In this document: in pieces, positions 40,001 through 49,979 of the stretch
Numbering within the stretch: position 1 is the first letter of the stretch
Layout of the letters: the number at the start of each line of letters is the position of its first letter
Source of the DNA: Monocercomonoides exilis PA203
Lineage: Eukaryota > Protista > Preaxostyla
Length of the DNA stretch: 64,000 nucleotides
Direction: 5' to 3'
Assembly: GCA_001643675.2 (NCBI GenBank)
Contig: LSRY02000009.1
Span: 434,001 to 498,000, forward strand
The notes under the pieces: model-generated
Seen by the model: only the letters and a program-made list of their open reading frames with translations
Database searches by the model: none
What the model was told of the DNA's origin: nothing
Program-made: the position numbers and the translations under genes

Positions 40001-43000
40001 GGGCTTGGAGGAGGAGTGTTTCTGTATCTGGAGAATGGAGCGACAGACTTTATATTCAAAGATGTGTCGTTCAGTTCATGCACTGCAGAAAGTGGGACAG
40101 ATATTTTTATTAATGCGAATGATCTGTCGACAGTTATCAGCACCGCCACGATTGGGCATGGGCCGGAGTTGACGAATCTGACTGCGCTGAATGGGTATGA
40201 GAGGGGGACGATCAACGAGGAGTATGCGATTCCGCTTGTGGTGTATCTGTGGAGCAACTTTTCTGCGCCTGCGAAAGTGGGGCCGAACGGGCACGACTTT
40301 TCGAGGTGTGGGTTTTCTGAGGCGTCGTGCAAGACAGTGGCGAAGGCGAAGAGCCTGAGGTTCCCGTCTGTGGACTGCAGTGTGGAGCTGATGCCTTCGT
40401 TTGAGTTTAGTGAGACACTGGCGCTGTCAGGCAACAAATGGAGCATTGGGTGTGCATTGGCTGGGACAGTGATTTCAGTTACGAGCGATGCCGCAAGAAC
40501 ACAGGCATATCTGGTTGAGGCGTCGGTTGAGACGACATTCACGAACATAACGTTTGCACTTCCGGGCACTTTGGGAGGGAGTGTGAGCCATTTTGTGTCT
40601 GTTGCATCAGGCACGACGACATTTGCGAGCTGTGGGATTTCGATGCAGAGCGGGGTGAGTTCGCTTGGGTTCACTCCGATTTGTGTTTCAGCGGGGAAGC
40701 TGGTTGTTCGCGGGATGAGTGTGTCGAGTGTTGATTTTGGTTCGAGCTCTTTGCTGGTTGACGAAGGGAGCACCCTTGGGACAGAGGTGGATGGGCTGAC
40801 GCTGACAGATGTGGCTTCGACGACGTCTGTTCTTGATCTTCAGGGGAGTTATTCTGTTGTTCTGAAGAATGTTGAGCAGTCGTATCCGAGTGGAGGAGGC
40901 AGCACGGTTTTGCTGCCTGGGACGATCACAGGGAAGATTGAGATGTACAGCAGCGCGATAAGCGGGATGGAGAGGACAACAGAGAAAGGAGGAGGTGTTG
41001 AGTGCGTTCTGTCGAGCGGAGCAGATATGGGCATCTACGGGTGCAAGATGAGCAACTGCAAGGTGACAGGGGGAAGCGGGGGAGGGATGTATATCCAGAT
41101 GAGCAGTGGTGCGAAGTTTAGCATTGGGAATGGGAGTGCGTCGAGTGCAGCAGGGCAGTCGAATGCAGCAGGAGAAAGGAGTGTTCAGTTTGTTTCGTGC
41201 TCGGCCGTGAAGAAGGCAGACAACACGCTTGGGCTTGGAGGAGGAGTGTTTCTGTATCTGGAGAATGGAGCGACAGACTTTATATTCAAAGATGTGTCGT
41301 TCAGTTCATGCACTGCAGAAAGTGGAAAGAACATATTTGTCAGTGCAGATAGCCTTTCTGCTGTTATTAAAAATGAAACTATTGCATTTGGACCTGATCT
41401 TTCCAACAGTGATGAACTTCGTGGATATGACAGGTCATCTTTGGGAGATACATTTGCGATTCCTTTGCCGATTTACCTGAAGCCATTTGCAAGTCCTGCT
41501 TGTGTTGGTGGCTTTTACAAAGCAGATATCAATCAGTGTGGATTTCCTTCGCTGCCATGCTCAACAATTAACTTTGCAGCAACTACTTACTTTTCATCAA
41601 CCAAAGTGGAGATCTTGCTTGTTTCTCCATTCAGTTTCAATGCAGAACTGAAGATGGAAACGAATGAATGGGACATCTCAACAACAGCACAAGGTACAGT
41701 GTTTGAAGTCAGTTTAACTTTGCCAACTGCGCAAACAGGATTTATTGAGTCGTCCATTTTATCGACAATAACCAACATCACATTTTCTGTTCCTCAGACG
41801 CTCACAAACAAAGATACGCTTTTGCTTTGTTCTTCAAATACTTTGAATGTTATTAACTGCGGATTAACAGCCTCAACTGGTGTAACCTCGATTCAATATT
41901 CATTTGTCAAAGTTGCATCAGGCAGTTTACTCCTCAAGAATTTTGATGCTTCATCTTTATCTTTCACCGCTGTTTCTTTCATTTCTGCATCTTCTGGGTC
42001 TCAGGCTTCTGTGAATATGGACAACTCCTCATTCGAAGACATCACTTTGAGCAATGGCTGCATCGTGGCTGCAGACGAGACATCGATATTGACAATTGTT
42101 GGGAGCAATTTCACTCGAGTCACACGCTCGCAAGGCGATGGTGGTTGTGTTGCTGTGAAAAGCATTACTGGAGTTGCAAATTCCAAAGCAACGATAAACA
42201 ACTGTGAGTTTGAAGACATCAACCTTTCAGAAAACCAGAAGAACGGAGGGTCTGTTTACCTGCAGCTCAGCACGCCCACACTTTTTGAAGTTAATAACAC
42301 GTGCTTCACTTCGAGCAAAGTGCAGTGGGAAAGTCCAAGCGGAGAAGGCAGAGGAGGAGCGGTATATTTATCACTTGTCGACTCAGCTGCCGGCTATACG
42401 TTCTATTCAAATGTTACGTTTGCTTCAAATAAGGCGAAGTATGGTCCTGATTTGTTTGTTTATTCGACAAATCTGAATGAAAGTGTTAAAATCGAAAAAT
42501 TGAACTTTTTCAATCCTATCAATGACGCATCGCTTTTGGCAGGCGAAGACAGCTCCACAAACGGAAATGTTGTTCTTCTGAAATACTATCTGATTCCCAG
42601 AGAATCTGTGATTTCTGTCTCTTCTGCAAATGGGGTGGATGTCGCAGTGTGCGGATTTGTTGCGTATCCGTGTGGCAGTTTGAGCTATGCATTTGCATTG
42701 GGTACAGGCGATGTTACCTTGTCTGTTATTCAATCGTCTAAGATCTCCCAAGAGCTTTCTTTGTCCGGGCGTTCGTACACAATCAATGGAGACACTGCTG
42801 GAACCTCAGCATTGGACATCGTGAACAACGGAACAGGAACGGGATCCTTTGTAACTTGTGCTTCGGCTGTACTGTTTTCTCACATTGAATGCAAAATTCC
42901 ACCACAGCTGGGGTCGCATGCCTCGCTGTTTGGAGTGGGAGGCAGCACATTGACGCTTTCGTCGTGTGCAATCACAAAATCAAGCTCAGATAACTTGCAA

Positions 43001-46000
43001 TACACGTTGTTCAATGTAATTCAAGGAGACTTAATCATCAATGAACTTCATACAACTTCTTTGACATGTACGAAGCCGATGCTCGTTGTGAATGGGACAA
43101 ATTCTGCTGCTGCCATCACTGATTATTCATTCACCTCTGCGTCTGTCACAACTGCTGCTGATGCTCTTTTTGTAATCTGCAACGAAGCCAGTCTTTCATT
43201 GACAAGCTCTGATATTACAAATACCGCTCAGTCAAAGCCAATAATCTCTTCAGCAGCTAATTGCGGATTGAATGTGGACAGGTGCAAAGTTTCTTCTCTG
43301 CAACTAACTGGAAATTCAGCGTTTCATCTGACAAAGCCCAAAGAGTTTTCTATCATAAACAGTAATTTCACAACAGTAAGTGCATCAACTGCAGATGGAA
43401 GCTGTATTTCAATTTCTGACGATTCAGATACAAGCATTGGAACAGTTACTATTTCTATGTGCAATTTTACTGATTGCAAAGTTACAGGCAATGGAAATGG
43501 AGGAGCAATCGCATCCAGTTTGAAAAGTGGGCTGAATTGGAATGTTTCTGGTTGCATATTTGACGATTGCCATGCTCCAAGTGGAATATCCGATGAAGGG
43601 AAAGGAGGAGCAGTATTTATCACACTTTCTGTTGCTTCATCTAATTTCGTAATTGAAACGCCTTCTTTCGGAACAAACTCTGCAAAATTGGGTTTGAATC
43701 TCTTTGTGATATCACCTTCTTTAAGGGACAGCGTCAAAGAAACTACTCTTCCGTTCTTAAAACCAGCCACTGAATCAACCAATCGAAATTCAGATAGAAT
43801 TTATCGAGCTCAATTCAGTGTTTCAACAGCAACAGCAGAAGCTGCCTCTTTTGATTCGGCTTGCGGATTTGATGCAGCCAATCAAGTGGATTCAATCCCG
43901 CTTGTGCTGTTTTTCCGTGCTGCCCCAACAACATTCTCTGTTAACGGAACAGGAATTGACAATTCGGTCTGCGGTTATACTGATTATCAGTGCAAAACCA
44001 TCAACTTTGCATGCGGAAGACAAACTGCACTCGAAAAAGAAGTAAAAACAGACACAAATGCAATGAGCTTTTCTGAGGAGCTTGTGTTATCAGACGCCAA
44101 ATATAACATTTATGGTCTTGATGCAAACACCACACTGACTGTTGCTTCTGCTGGCACTGGAACAGATGGGCTGGTTACGTCGAGCGCCGAAGCTACGCTG
44201 TCGCATCTCATATTTATGCTTCCTTCTCTTCTTGGGACACACGCAACGTTCATTTCTGTTACTTCTCCAGCAGATCCGTCTTCTGCCACTGGAATCGAGT
44301 ACAGCTTCAAAATGTCGTCGATTGCCTTTGCGATTCAAACAGCAGCGAATTTGAACTACAACATCATCAAAGCAACATACGGCCAGCTTAAAATGACAGA
44401 TTGCGATGTCTCTGTATCTGACTACAAGAAATCCCTTTTTGTGTTTTCATCTTCGGTTTCATCTGTTTCTATTGAAGCAACAAACTTCAAAGGCTTTTCT
44501 GGGACAAGTGAGCCTGCATTTACATGTCTAGCACCACCAACTACAAGCAATGTTTATACAACAATTACTCTGAATAATACCATGTTCAAAGAATTGAACC
44601 AAGCCATTGATCATCCAGCATCAATTGTGAAAGACACCTTTGCCGCATGGAACACGACAATCACAAACGCAACTTTTCAGTCGTGCATTGCACAATCGTC
44701 GTTGCGTGGAGGAGGATTGAGGCTGTGCTTGTCGATGGAAGGTGAACTCGAAGTGTCAAACAGCATGTTCACCAACTGCATAGCATCATCTGAAGGAAGA
44801 GGTGGAGGGTTGTATCTGGATTGCGTTGATCCAGCTGATCCGTCGCCAAACCCGATTCCAGAGCTTCCGTTCAGGATGAATTCGATCAGATTTAATAACA
44901 ACGATGCGAAAGTTGGGAAAGACATGTTTATCAACTGCCACGACATCGACATACAGATCGACGAAACGCTGTTCAGTTTGGACTTTGACCAGCCGTCTCT
45001 TCAGACAAACATCGCCATCAATGCAAACGACACCTCTGACAAAGACAGAGATCTGATCCCTCTCATCACATTCTACAAGGACGAGTTCATCTTCTTGTCC
45101 GCTGTCAATGGCAATGACTCGAGGCAGTGCGGGGCAAATGCCCGCCCTTGCACAAGCATCAACATCGGTGTGTCCCATCTGGACACTGGATTGGTTCGGG
45201 TGGTGTTCATTAAGGATACAACATTGATAAAGAGCGAAACAAAAATCACAGATGCCACTGTAAAGCCGTATGCAACTAGCCAAGCAATTATCGAACTGAA
45301 CGCAAGTCTTACCGTTTCAAATCCTGATGCATCTATTTTGACGCTGGTTAACGAAATCGTCATGAATAATGTGGACTTTAACTTTTCTGAGTCATTTTCG
45401 TCTCAGCACAAAGCTGTGCTGTATCTTCAAAGCGGTTCCCTTGATGCAAAGGATATTTCGTTCTCTTCTATGGCAGAGCTGAGCATTAGCCCATCATTGT
45501 TTTATGTTGCTGCAGGAGAGTTTAAGCTGGCTAATTGTACGATTTCTTCGGTGAATTGCATTTCTCCGATGTTTTTCTTCTCTTCTTCAGCTGTTGATGT
45601 TGATATCTCTAACGTTAATTGTACAAACTCTATTCTTTCTTCCTCTTTCATTGTAGCTGATGATTGTCAGTTCAATGCTCTTAACATCATTTGCTCCTCA
45701 ATAAAAGCCTCACCATCGACCAACTTTGATCTCATATCCATTAAAGTATCTGATAAGAACACCTCCATTGAAAAGTTAGAATTGCATGATATTACACTGA
45801 ATTTGGGCGAAGCTATTGATATTTCTTTGGCTTCATCTTTCTCCTCGTTGTATGCAACAGACACTGCAGTTATTGAACTAACCTCTGCTGTGTTCGATCA
45901 AATCACACGAGCTGATGAAGGCCCCTCTGCAATTAATGTTGTTCTGCCTGGTCTCCCTTCAACAATCACCGTTGAGAACTACACATTCACGAACTGCGCC

Positions 46001-48283
46001 TCGCCCTCTCATCAAGGCAGCGTTGTGTTTGTGGACAATGTTCAGAGCCTGAAAATGAGAGACTGCCATCTCTTAGGCACAAGCAATACTCAGAGTGTTG
46101 CTGCCTCTGATGCTGCTGCTGCTGGGAACGACGCTGTATTCTCAGAGGAGATCTGCCGTTGGAACGGGTCTCTATTTCATCTGATATCGACAGACATGCT
46201 GATGCAGCTTTCGACTGTTGCTGGTTCACCAAAGGGAGGATTATCTCTACACGGTGCAACAGCCTCATTAACAAAGTGCGAGTTCAGAGACAACAACCCA
46301 CAGATTGCGAACTACGATTCAGTGAGGCGCAACATCTTCTGTGAGAATGCAGGGAAAGTGAACATCACTGCCTTGAAGGGAGGCGACGGGCAGCTGCCAA
46401 ACTCGTCGCTCTGGATCTCCTCTGAAGAGTGCACATTGGCAGGGATCATTCCAGACAGAGCATCTCCTCTGTTCATTCCGACACTCAGCTCAGTGGACAA
46501 CACGACCGATGGGGACAATTTGCGACTGACGTTCAAAGGAAACCTGCTTCTGCCTTGCAATCTGTCGTTTAAAATAGTTCAGTCTCAGGTCAGTCAGACA
46601 GATCAGGCAAACCAGACAAATCAGGCAGAACAGACTGATCAGACCACAGAATACAACTTCAGCGAGTACGTCAATGAAAACGAGGTGGTTGGGTTTATTC
46701 CAGCATCAGTGGTATCTTCTGCACCTGACAACAGCATCATCAGCGTTTCTGTGCAATTCCCAGGCCTCTCAGCTGAGACAAAAACAACAGAGCTGCTCGT
46801 TCTGAAGAACAACACGAAGGTTATTGTCACTCCGAACAACACAGATGACCCGAACCACCAGGTGCAAAGTGGGAACGAGGAGACATTCTCAATCTGGATC
46901 ATCCTGTTCATCATCATCGCCATTGTGTGTCTGATCGTGGTTTCGCTGCTGTTCGTGCAATACTTCTACCAGAAGCGAAAGATCCAAAAGCTGAAGAACA
47001 GCCAGCAGGTACCTGACTCCTTGTTCCAGAAGTCTGGCGACTCTTCCATCGAGCTTGTTGACATGGACGTGTCGAAGCAGTCCAGCGATTCTGACGATGG
47101 CATCTGCCGACCAGAATCAGGTAGAGTCTACCCGCTCGGAGGCAGCGACCGCAGAACTTCTTCAAGAGACAGGCTTCTGCCTGCAAGCCCTTCAGACGAT
47201 TTCCCTTCCAGCGAGAAGCTGAGCGGGAGCTATTTGGTTGACGTGAACGACGATCATCAGCGTGGCTTTTCAGGGAACCCCAGCGACCTCAAATCGGAAG
47301 TGGTTGTCGTTCCTGCTGTCACTGGTGTCGGGGACAGGCCGGTGGAGTCGTCTGCTTCTCTGACTCATCTCGTGGAAGGAGTGTGCTGTGAGTCACCGTA
47401 TGAGACGTTCATTGTGGACAGCAGGGACTCCCTCTATGCCTTCCTGCACGAAGAAGGAGGTATCCACAAGGAGGACTATCCGATGGGCACGCAGTCTGAG
47501 GTGGAGGTGTCTGCAGCACGCATCCTGTTCTGGATCATCAGCGGGTGCCAGCAGATGATAGAGCGCGGGAGCCGCTTTGATGTGCTGACCAACCTGTCCT
47601 CGCGGTGTGTGCTGTTCTATGACAATCACGCCATTGTGCTTGCCCTTCCGCCCGAATTCAATCCGTCTGAGGACTCCAGCAGCACCGCAGGCAGCTCCAT
47701 CAGCAGCGAGAGCAGCATTAGCAAGCCGCTGCGTCTGGAGAAGCGGGCGACGCGGCACAAGATCAAAGCGAAGGAGCAGCAGGAGAACATCCGGTGGCTG
47801 GCGCCGGAGCTGGTGAACAAGGAGATCAACGTGGCGAACGAGGCGTCGGTGGCGTATTCTTTGGGGATGATTCTGTGGGAGGTGCTGTCAAGAGAAGTTC
47901 CGTACGGGGCAGCTGATCTGCCGTCGGTGGTGTGGAAGATCTCATCAGGTGAGTACCCAGACATGGCAAAAGTGGCACCTCCTTCGTTTGTGGCTGTTAT
48001 CCAGGCGTGTCTTTCGCACAACCCGAGCGAGCGGCCTTCTCTGATGGAGATCAAGAAGGCGATGATATCGCACTTTCCAGACAATGCATTCTCCTCAGTC
48101 AGCTCCGCAATGCTGGATCTGGGTTCAATTGATTCGTCGCTGTCTTCGTTGAGCGAGCGAAGTGAAATTGGGGAAGAAGAGGTTGGAGTGAGGGGATACG
48201 ATGACGAAGAGCCCATGGCATCTGATTCGTCGGAATCGGAGCAGACGATCGATGAAGAGGACGAAAGCAGTGAAATTGAGTGA
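34052..48283 (+). CDS. Giant single-pass surface receptor: polymorphic-membrane-protein-like beta-helix ectodomain + TM + TKL-like pseudokinase (4743 aa)
   Basis: Intronless ORF with a signal peptide, many GGA(L/I/V) and FxxC/FxxN repeats, and nine G.D...CG.....C.(T/S) modules. TM FSIWIILFIIIAIVCLIVVSLLFV at about 46885-46960. Kinase C-lobe motifs IRWLAPE, YSLGMILWE and RPSL are present, but HRD and DFG are not. Confidence 0.92.
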   Translation: MLHFCISFIYFLFAFESCLCEFTTLTATFYSQALLFSVDNSTLRLHKLSFLTKKNESIAFFKKNTFAELVNCFLAPSSLEVNSPFLTLDGTSHFYNFTILTTQTQTVCTPILSELCSNSEKKSFAGSSASFLNSKFSSLTIASPCSLLSCYAVNSVSIFHCVFRNISSSTNHYVNEDSSRFVSMSSCIFSAVENPFYHTIIDSRFSEQLRVSNSSFERCTVLYQNRTYLSGGTKSFRDITFSFDGGSNQGGALCAKGSSDVTISNCSFDKCKVTGDQNNTGRGGALFCENGKCVVSESNFTNCTGSYADGAVSFWFGTKRILHKCRIVECSGPQHFGGMNFEQAPENESQISECEYSKCSCSIDGDSCKGCGGALGIVNPPPHLFITGTTFQNNKAVRHGGAIMCFLALSGSSFRCRFLFFSNNSGRSQGGSDIYTDNNFAGKLDSTQFETCYSFSASPRFVYCDSSGKYDTDANKPNWLPTPSFPDLYVKNGGHDTNDCGNSTSSKECLTLKFSITRWTPIFNQKIIVNGGTYTETSLDISDRVIVADSQTSIPKIVSKISSGTFCTITNGSFSASNLIFVHNSSTSSNAILFSISEADGVLKLIKSTVTAESGQGTSFSKSLFVIDDGHLILDQTTITAIKTSKPVLSLISPREFTTTQTTFSQISRTNGNGSIIEVTLETGKTLSLVNFSLTECSCSEGNGGGMWVYMKAGSSFSLGNATGASVSGRESNANEVMGFTSCAANSGSQPKYGCGGGVFLYLENGATDFIFKDVSFSSCTAESGTDIFINANDLSTVISTATIGHGPELTNLTALNGYERGTINEEYAIPLVVYLWSNFSAPAKVGPNGHDFSRCGFSEASCKTVAKAKSLRFPSVDCSVELMPSFEFSETLALSGNKWSIGCALAGTVISVTSDAARTQAYLVEASVETTFTNITFALPGTLGGSVSHFVSVASGTTTFASCGISMQSGVSSLGFTPICVSAGKLVVRGMSVSSVDFGSSSLLVDEGSTLGTEVDGLTLTDVASTTSVLDLQGSYSVVLKNVEQSYPSGGGSTVLLPGTITGKIEMYSSAISGMERTTEKGGGVECVLSSGADMGIYGCKMSNCKVTGGSGGGMYIQMSSGAKFSIGNGSASSAAGQSNAAGERSVQFVSCSAVKKADNTLGLGGGVFLYLENGATDFIFKDVSFSSCTAESGTDIFINANDLSTVISTATIGHGPELTNLTALNGYERGTINEEYAIPLVVYLWSNFSAPAKVGPNGHDFSRCGFSEASCKTVAKAKSLRFPSVDCSVELMPSFEFSETLALSGNKWSIGCALAGTVISVTSDAARTQAYLVEASVETTFTNITFALPGTLGGSVSHFVSVASGTTTFASCGISMQSGVSSLGFTPICVSAGKLVVRGMSVSSVDFGSSSLLVDEGSTLGTEVDGLTLTDVASTTSVLDLQGSYSVVLKNVEQSYPSGGGSTVLLPGTITGKIEMYSSAISGMERTTEKGGGVECVLSSGADMGIYGCKMSNCKVTGGSGGGMYIQMSSGAKFSIGNGSASSAAGQSNAAGERSVQFVSCSAVKKADNTLGLGGGVFLYLENGATDFIFKDVSFSSCTAESGTDIFINANDLSTVISTATIGHGPELTNLTALNGYERGTINEEYAIPLVVYLWSNFSAPAKVGPNGHDFSRCGFSEASCKTVAKAKSLRFPSVDCSVELMPSFEFSETLALSGNKWSIGCALAGTVISVTSDAARTQAYLVEASVETTFTNITFALPGTLGGSVSHFVSVASGTTTFASCGISMQSGVSSLGFTPICVSAGKLVVRGMSVSSVDFGSSSLLVDEGSTLGTEVDGLTLTDVASTTSVLDLQGSYSVVLKNVEQSYPSGGGSTVLLPGTITGKIEMYSSAISGMERTTEKGGGVECVLSSGADMGIYGCKMSNCKVTGGSGGGMYIQMSSGAKFSIGNGSASSAAGQSNAAGERSVQFVSCSAVKKADNTLGLGGGVFLYLENGATDFIFKDVSFSSCTAESGTDIFINANDLSTVISTATIGHGPELTNLTALNGYERGTINEEYAIPLVVYLWSNFSAPAKVGPNGHDFSRCGFSEASCKTVAKAKSLRFPSVDCSVELMPSFEFSETLALSGNKWSIGCALAGTVISVTSDAARTQAYLVEASVETTFTNITFALPGTLGGSVSHFVSVASGTTTFASCGISMQSGVSSLGFTPICVSAGKLVVRGMSVSSVDFGSSSLLVDEGSTLGTEVDGLTLTDVASTTSVLDLQGSYSVVLKNVEQSYPSGGGSTVLLPGTITGKIEMYSSAISGMERTTEKGGGVECVLSSGADMGIYGCKMSNCKVTGGSGGGMYIQMSSGAKFSIGNGSASSAAGQSNAAGERSVQFVSCSAVKKADNTLGLGGGVFLYLENGATDFIFKDVSFSSCTAESGKNIFVSADSLSAVIKNETIAFGPDLSNSDELRGYDRSSLGDTFAIPLPIYLKPFASPACVGGFYKADINQCGFPSLPCSTINFAATTYFSSTKVEILLVSPFSFNAELKMETNEWDISTTAQGTVFEVSLTLPTAQTGFIESSILSTITNITFSVPQTLTNKDTLLLCSSNTLNVINCGLTASTGVTSIQYSFVKVASGSLLLKNFDASSLSFTAVSFISASSGSQASVNMDNSSFEDITLSNGCIVAADETSILTIVGSNFTRVTRSQGDGGCVAVKSITGVANSKATINNCEFEDINLSENQKNGGSVYLQLSTPTLFEVNNTCFTSSKVQWESPSGEGRGGAVYLSLVDSAAGYTFYSNVTFASNKAKYGPDLFVYSTNLNESVKIEKLNFFNPINDASLLAGEDSSTNGNVVLLKYYLIPRESVISVSSANGVDVAVCGFVAYPCGSLSYAFALGTGDVTLSVIQSSKISQELSLSGRSYTINGDTAGTSALDIVNNGTGTGSFVTCASAVLFSHIECKIPPQLGSHASLFGVGGSTLTLSSCAITKSSSDNLQYTLFNVIQGDLIINELHTTSLTCTKPMLVVNGTNSAAAITDYSFTSASVTTAADALFVICNEASLSLTSSDITNTAQSKPIISSAANCGLNVDRCKVSSLQLTGNSAFHLTKPKEFSIINSNFTTVSASTADGSCISISDDSDTSIGTVTISMCNFTDCKVTGNGNGGAIASSLKSGLNWNVSGCIFDDCHAPSGISDEGKGGAVFITLSVASSNFVIETPSFGTNSAKLGLNLFVISPSLRDSVKETTLPFLKPATESTNRNSDRIYRAQFSVSTATAEAASFDSACGFDAANQVDSIPLVLFFRAAPTTFSVNGTGIDNSVCGYTDYQCKTINFACGRQTALEKEVKTDTNAMSFSEELVLSDAKYNIYGLDANTTLTVASAGTGTDGLVTSSAEATLSHLIFMLPSLLGTHATFISVTSPADPSSATGIEYSFKMSSIAFAIQTAANLNYNIIKATYGQLKMTDCDVSVSDYKKSLFVFSSSVSSVSIEATNFKGFSGTSEPAFTCLAPPTTSNVYTTITLNNTMFKELNQAIDHPASIVKDTFAAWNTTITNATFQSCIAQSSLRGGGLRLCLSMEGELEVSNSMFTNCIASSEGRGGGLYLDCVDPADPSPNPIPELPFRMNSIRFNNNDAKVGKDMFINCHDIDIQIDETLFSLDFDQPSLQTNIAINANDTSDKDRDLIPLITFYKDEFIFLSAVNGNDSRQCGANARPCTSINIGVSHLDTGLVRVVFIKDTTLIKSETKITDATVKPYATSQAIIELNASLTVSNPDASILTLVNEIVMNNVDFNFSESFSSQHKAVLYLQSGSLDAKDISFSSMAELSISPSLFYVAAGEFKLANCTISSVNCISPMFFFSSSAVDVDISNVNCTNSILSSSFIVADDCQFNALNIICSSIKASPSTNFDLISIKVSDKNTSIEKLELHDITLNLGEAIDISLASSFSSLYATDTAVIELTSAVFDQITRADEGPSAINVVLPGLPSTITVENYTFTNCASPSHQGSVVFVDNVQSLKMRDCHLLGTSNTQSVAASDAAAAGNDAVFSEEICRWNGSLFHLISTDMLMQLSTVAGSPKGGLSLHGATASLTKCEFRDNNPQIANYDSVRRNIFCENAGKVNITALKGGDGQLPNSSLWISSEECTLAGIIPDRASPLFIPTLSSVDNTTDGDNLRLTFKGNLLLPCNLSFKIVQSQVSQTDQANQTNQAEQTDQTTEYNFSEYVNENEVVGFIPASVVSSAPDNSIISVSVQFPGLSAETKTTELLVLKNNTKVIVTPNNTDDPNHQVQSGNEETFSIWIILFIIIAIVCLIVVSLLFVQYFYQKRKIQKLKNSQQVPDSLFQKSGDSSIELVDMDVSKQSSDSDDGICRPESGRVYPLGGSDRRTSSRDRLLPASPSDDFPSSEKLSGSYLVDVNDDHQRGFSGNPSDLKSEVVVVPAVTGVGDRPVESSASLTHLVEGVCCESPYETFIVDSRDSLYAFLHEEGGIHKEDYPMGTQSEVEVSAARILFWIISGCQQMIERGSRFDVLTNLSSRCVLFYDNHAIVLALPPEFNPSEDSSSTAGSSISSESSISKPLRLEKRATRHKIKAKEQQENIRWLAPELVNKEINVANEASVAYSLGMILWEVLSREVPYGAADLPSVVWKISSGEYPDMAKVAPPSFVAVIQACLSHNPSERPSLMEIKKAMISHFPDNAFSSVSSAMLDLGSIDSSLSSLSERSEIGEEEVGVRGYDDEEPMASDSSESEQTIDEEDESSEIE
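36320..41325 (+). repeat. Coding tandem repeat: 1230-bp (410-aa) unit x ~4.07, apparently identical copies
   Basis: Units start at 36320, 37550, 38780, 40010 and 41240 (partial, to 41325). No differences seen by eye, and the antisense ORFs recur identically at 1230-bp spacing. Confidence 0.97.
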
Positions 48284-49979
48284 GAATCGTTCAAATGTAA
48301 TTATTTTTTCTATGTCTGTACTGTAAGTAACCTATAGTATCATATATGTAATTTTTCTTGTATTTTATTGCTCTGATATTTTTTTGTTTCTTTTTAGTTT
48401 TTACAATAGTTTTATTTCGTTTTATTTCGTTTTATTTTTTTTCAATTTGTTATATTATTTTGATTTTGTATGTGTGTTTTCATTGATTAGCTTATTTTAT
48501 TTAAAATTTTTAATTTTTTTATCGTTGGTAAAAATGCCTTCTGTAAATAGTTAGCACCGCCATAGGCTTATTGTGTGTATAACTTTACTCTTTTCTTGGC
48601 ATCTTTATTTAATAAGTATTATTCGAAGCATTTCACAGATAAGTATGTTTATTTCCTGTTGTAAAATTTTTTGATTTTTATTAAATTTCTTGTTTTTTTA
48701 ATTTCAATTTGATTGTTGTTTTAACAATCAAGTTTGTGAAATATTCATTTGTGTTCATTAATTTGTTTTATTTGTGCAATTTCCATTGAAAACGTGATTT
48801 TTCTGTCTAGATTTCGAAAAGCTGTTAAAAATGAAACATTTTTAAAACTGATGCAAAAAAAGAAAAATAATATTTGATGAAATTTTAAGAACCTGTTTTT
48901 CGAACTTATTTTAAAAAAAAAGGTGGTCCTGTTGGTGCAGAAAAGGACAATGTAAGGTTTAAACGAAGAAAAGCTTCTGAGAAACATTTGATAAATGAGC
49001 AATGAACAAGAAAGCGATTATCAGCGTTGCATTTTCAATTTCTCTTTACACTGTTTTGTTTTTCATGCTGCAAAAATATTCTTTATCATTCTTCGTTTTC
49101 GTTTTCTTTGCAAATATTTTCCATCCAAAATCTTCTCTTCTGGACATTTTCTCCAATGGTTCATTAATTGCTCCCAAGGTCATGGACATTTTCTATTTCG
49201 ACAGCTTCTCTCTCTTCATCCAAAGGAAAGGAATCAAATTCATCGTTTTCAAGTGATAATTCATCGCCCAAGGAAAGAAGCAACTGCTAACTTTATTCTC
49301 TTCACTCTTAACGATTCAGCATTTTCTCGATGAATAGTTGGATGACAGTGGTCTTTCAGCCAGATCATATTTTCAAAGCAAACTTCTTTGATTCAGCATG
49401 ATCCGTTAACTGCACAAATGCAATGTTGAACGTGGAATGAAGCTTGTGAAGAAAAAAGAGTGAATTCGGAGAAATACAGCTTTTGTGGAGAAATATTTTG
49501 GTTTTTGCAAAAGATTCGCTCATCTTCCGCTTATTCCTTTATTTTGCTGAGTCATGATGACAAGCTGGATGGCGTTGAAACATAAATGGCACAACTCAAA
49601 AGCAGTGCAACTGCATTGAAAGAAGCACCAAACATGGGTAATCCCATCTTCAAAAGTTTAATATGATTCAAATAGGATCTATTCAAGATATCCTTATTGC
49701 GAAAAGGACATTCGCTCAAACAATCTGAAACACATCTCACGGTGTGAGTTCAAATTCGCAAAGAAATATTCTCTCTCGGTAAAGGTCTTCTATTGGCAGA
49801 GCCAGATTAATGATCGCTGCTGGAATTGTTGGACTTGTTCTTCAAGTTTGGAGAAGTGTCTCTCGAATGAGAGGAAATAAATGTTCTTTTATTCCTTTGA
49901 ATTTTCAGGACGATTCATCTTAGCTGATTGAATAAGTCAAATTTTTGTCTTCGATTGTGAAACCGAATATAACGCTGAG

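Noticed and set aside
36320-41325. CRISPR-like or transposon array
   Set aside because: No spacers or termini; the unit is an in-frame protein module.
36178-41406. Repeated 272-, 72- and 61-aa minus-strand ORFs
   Set aside because: Antisense shadows of the 1230-bp coding repeat.
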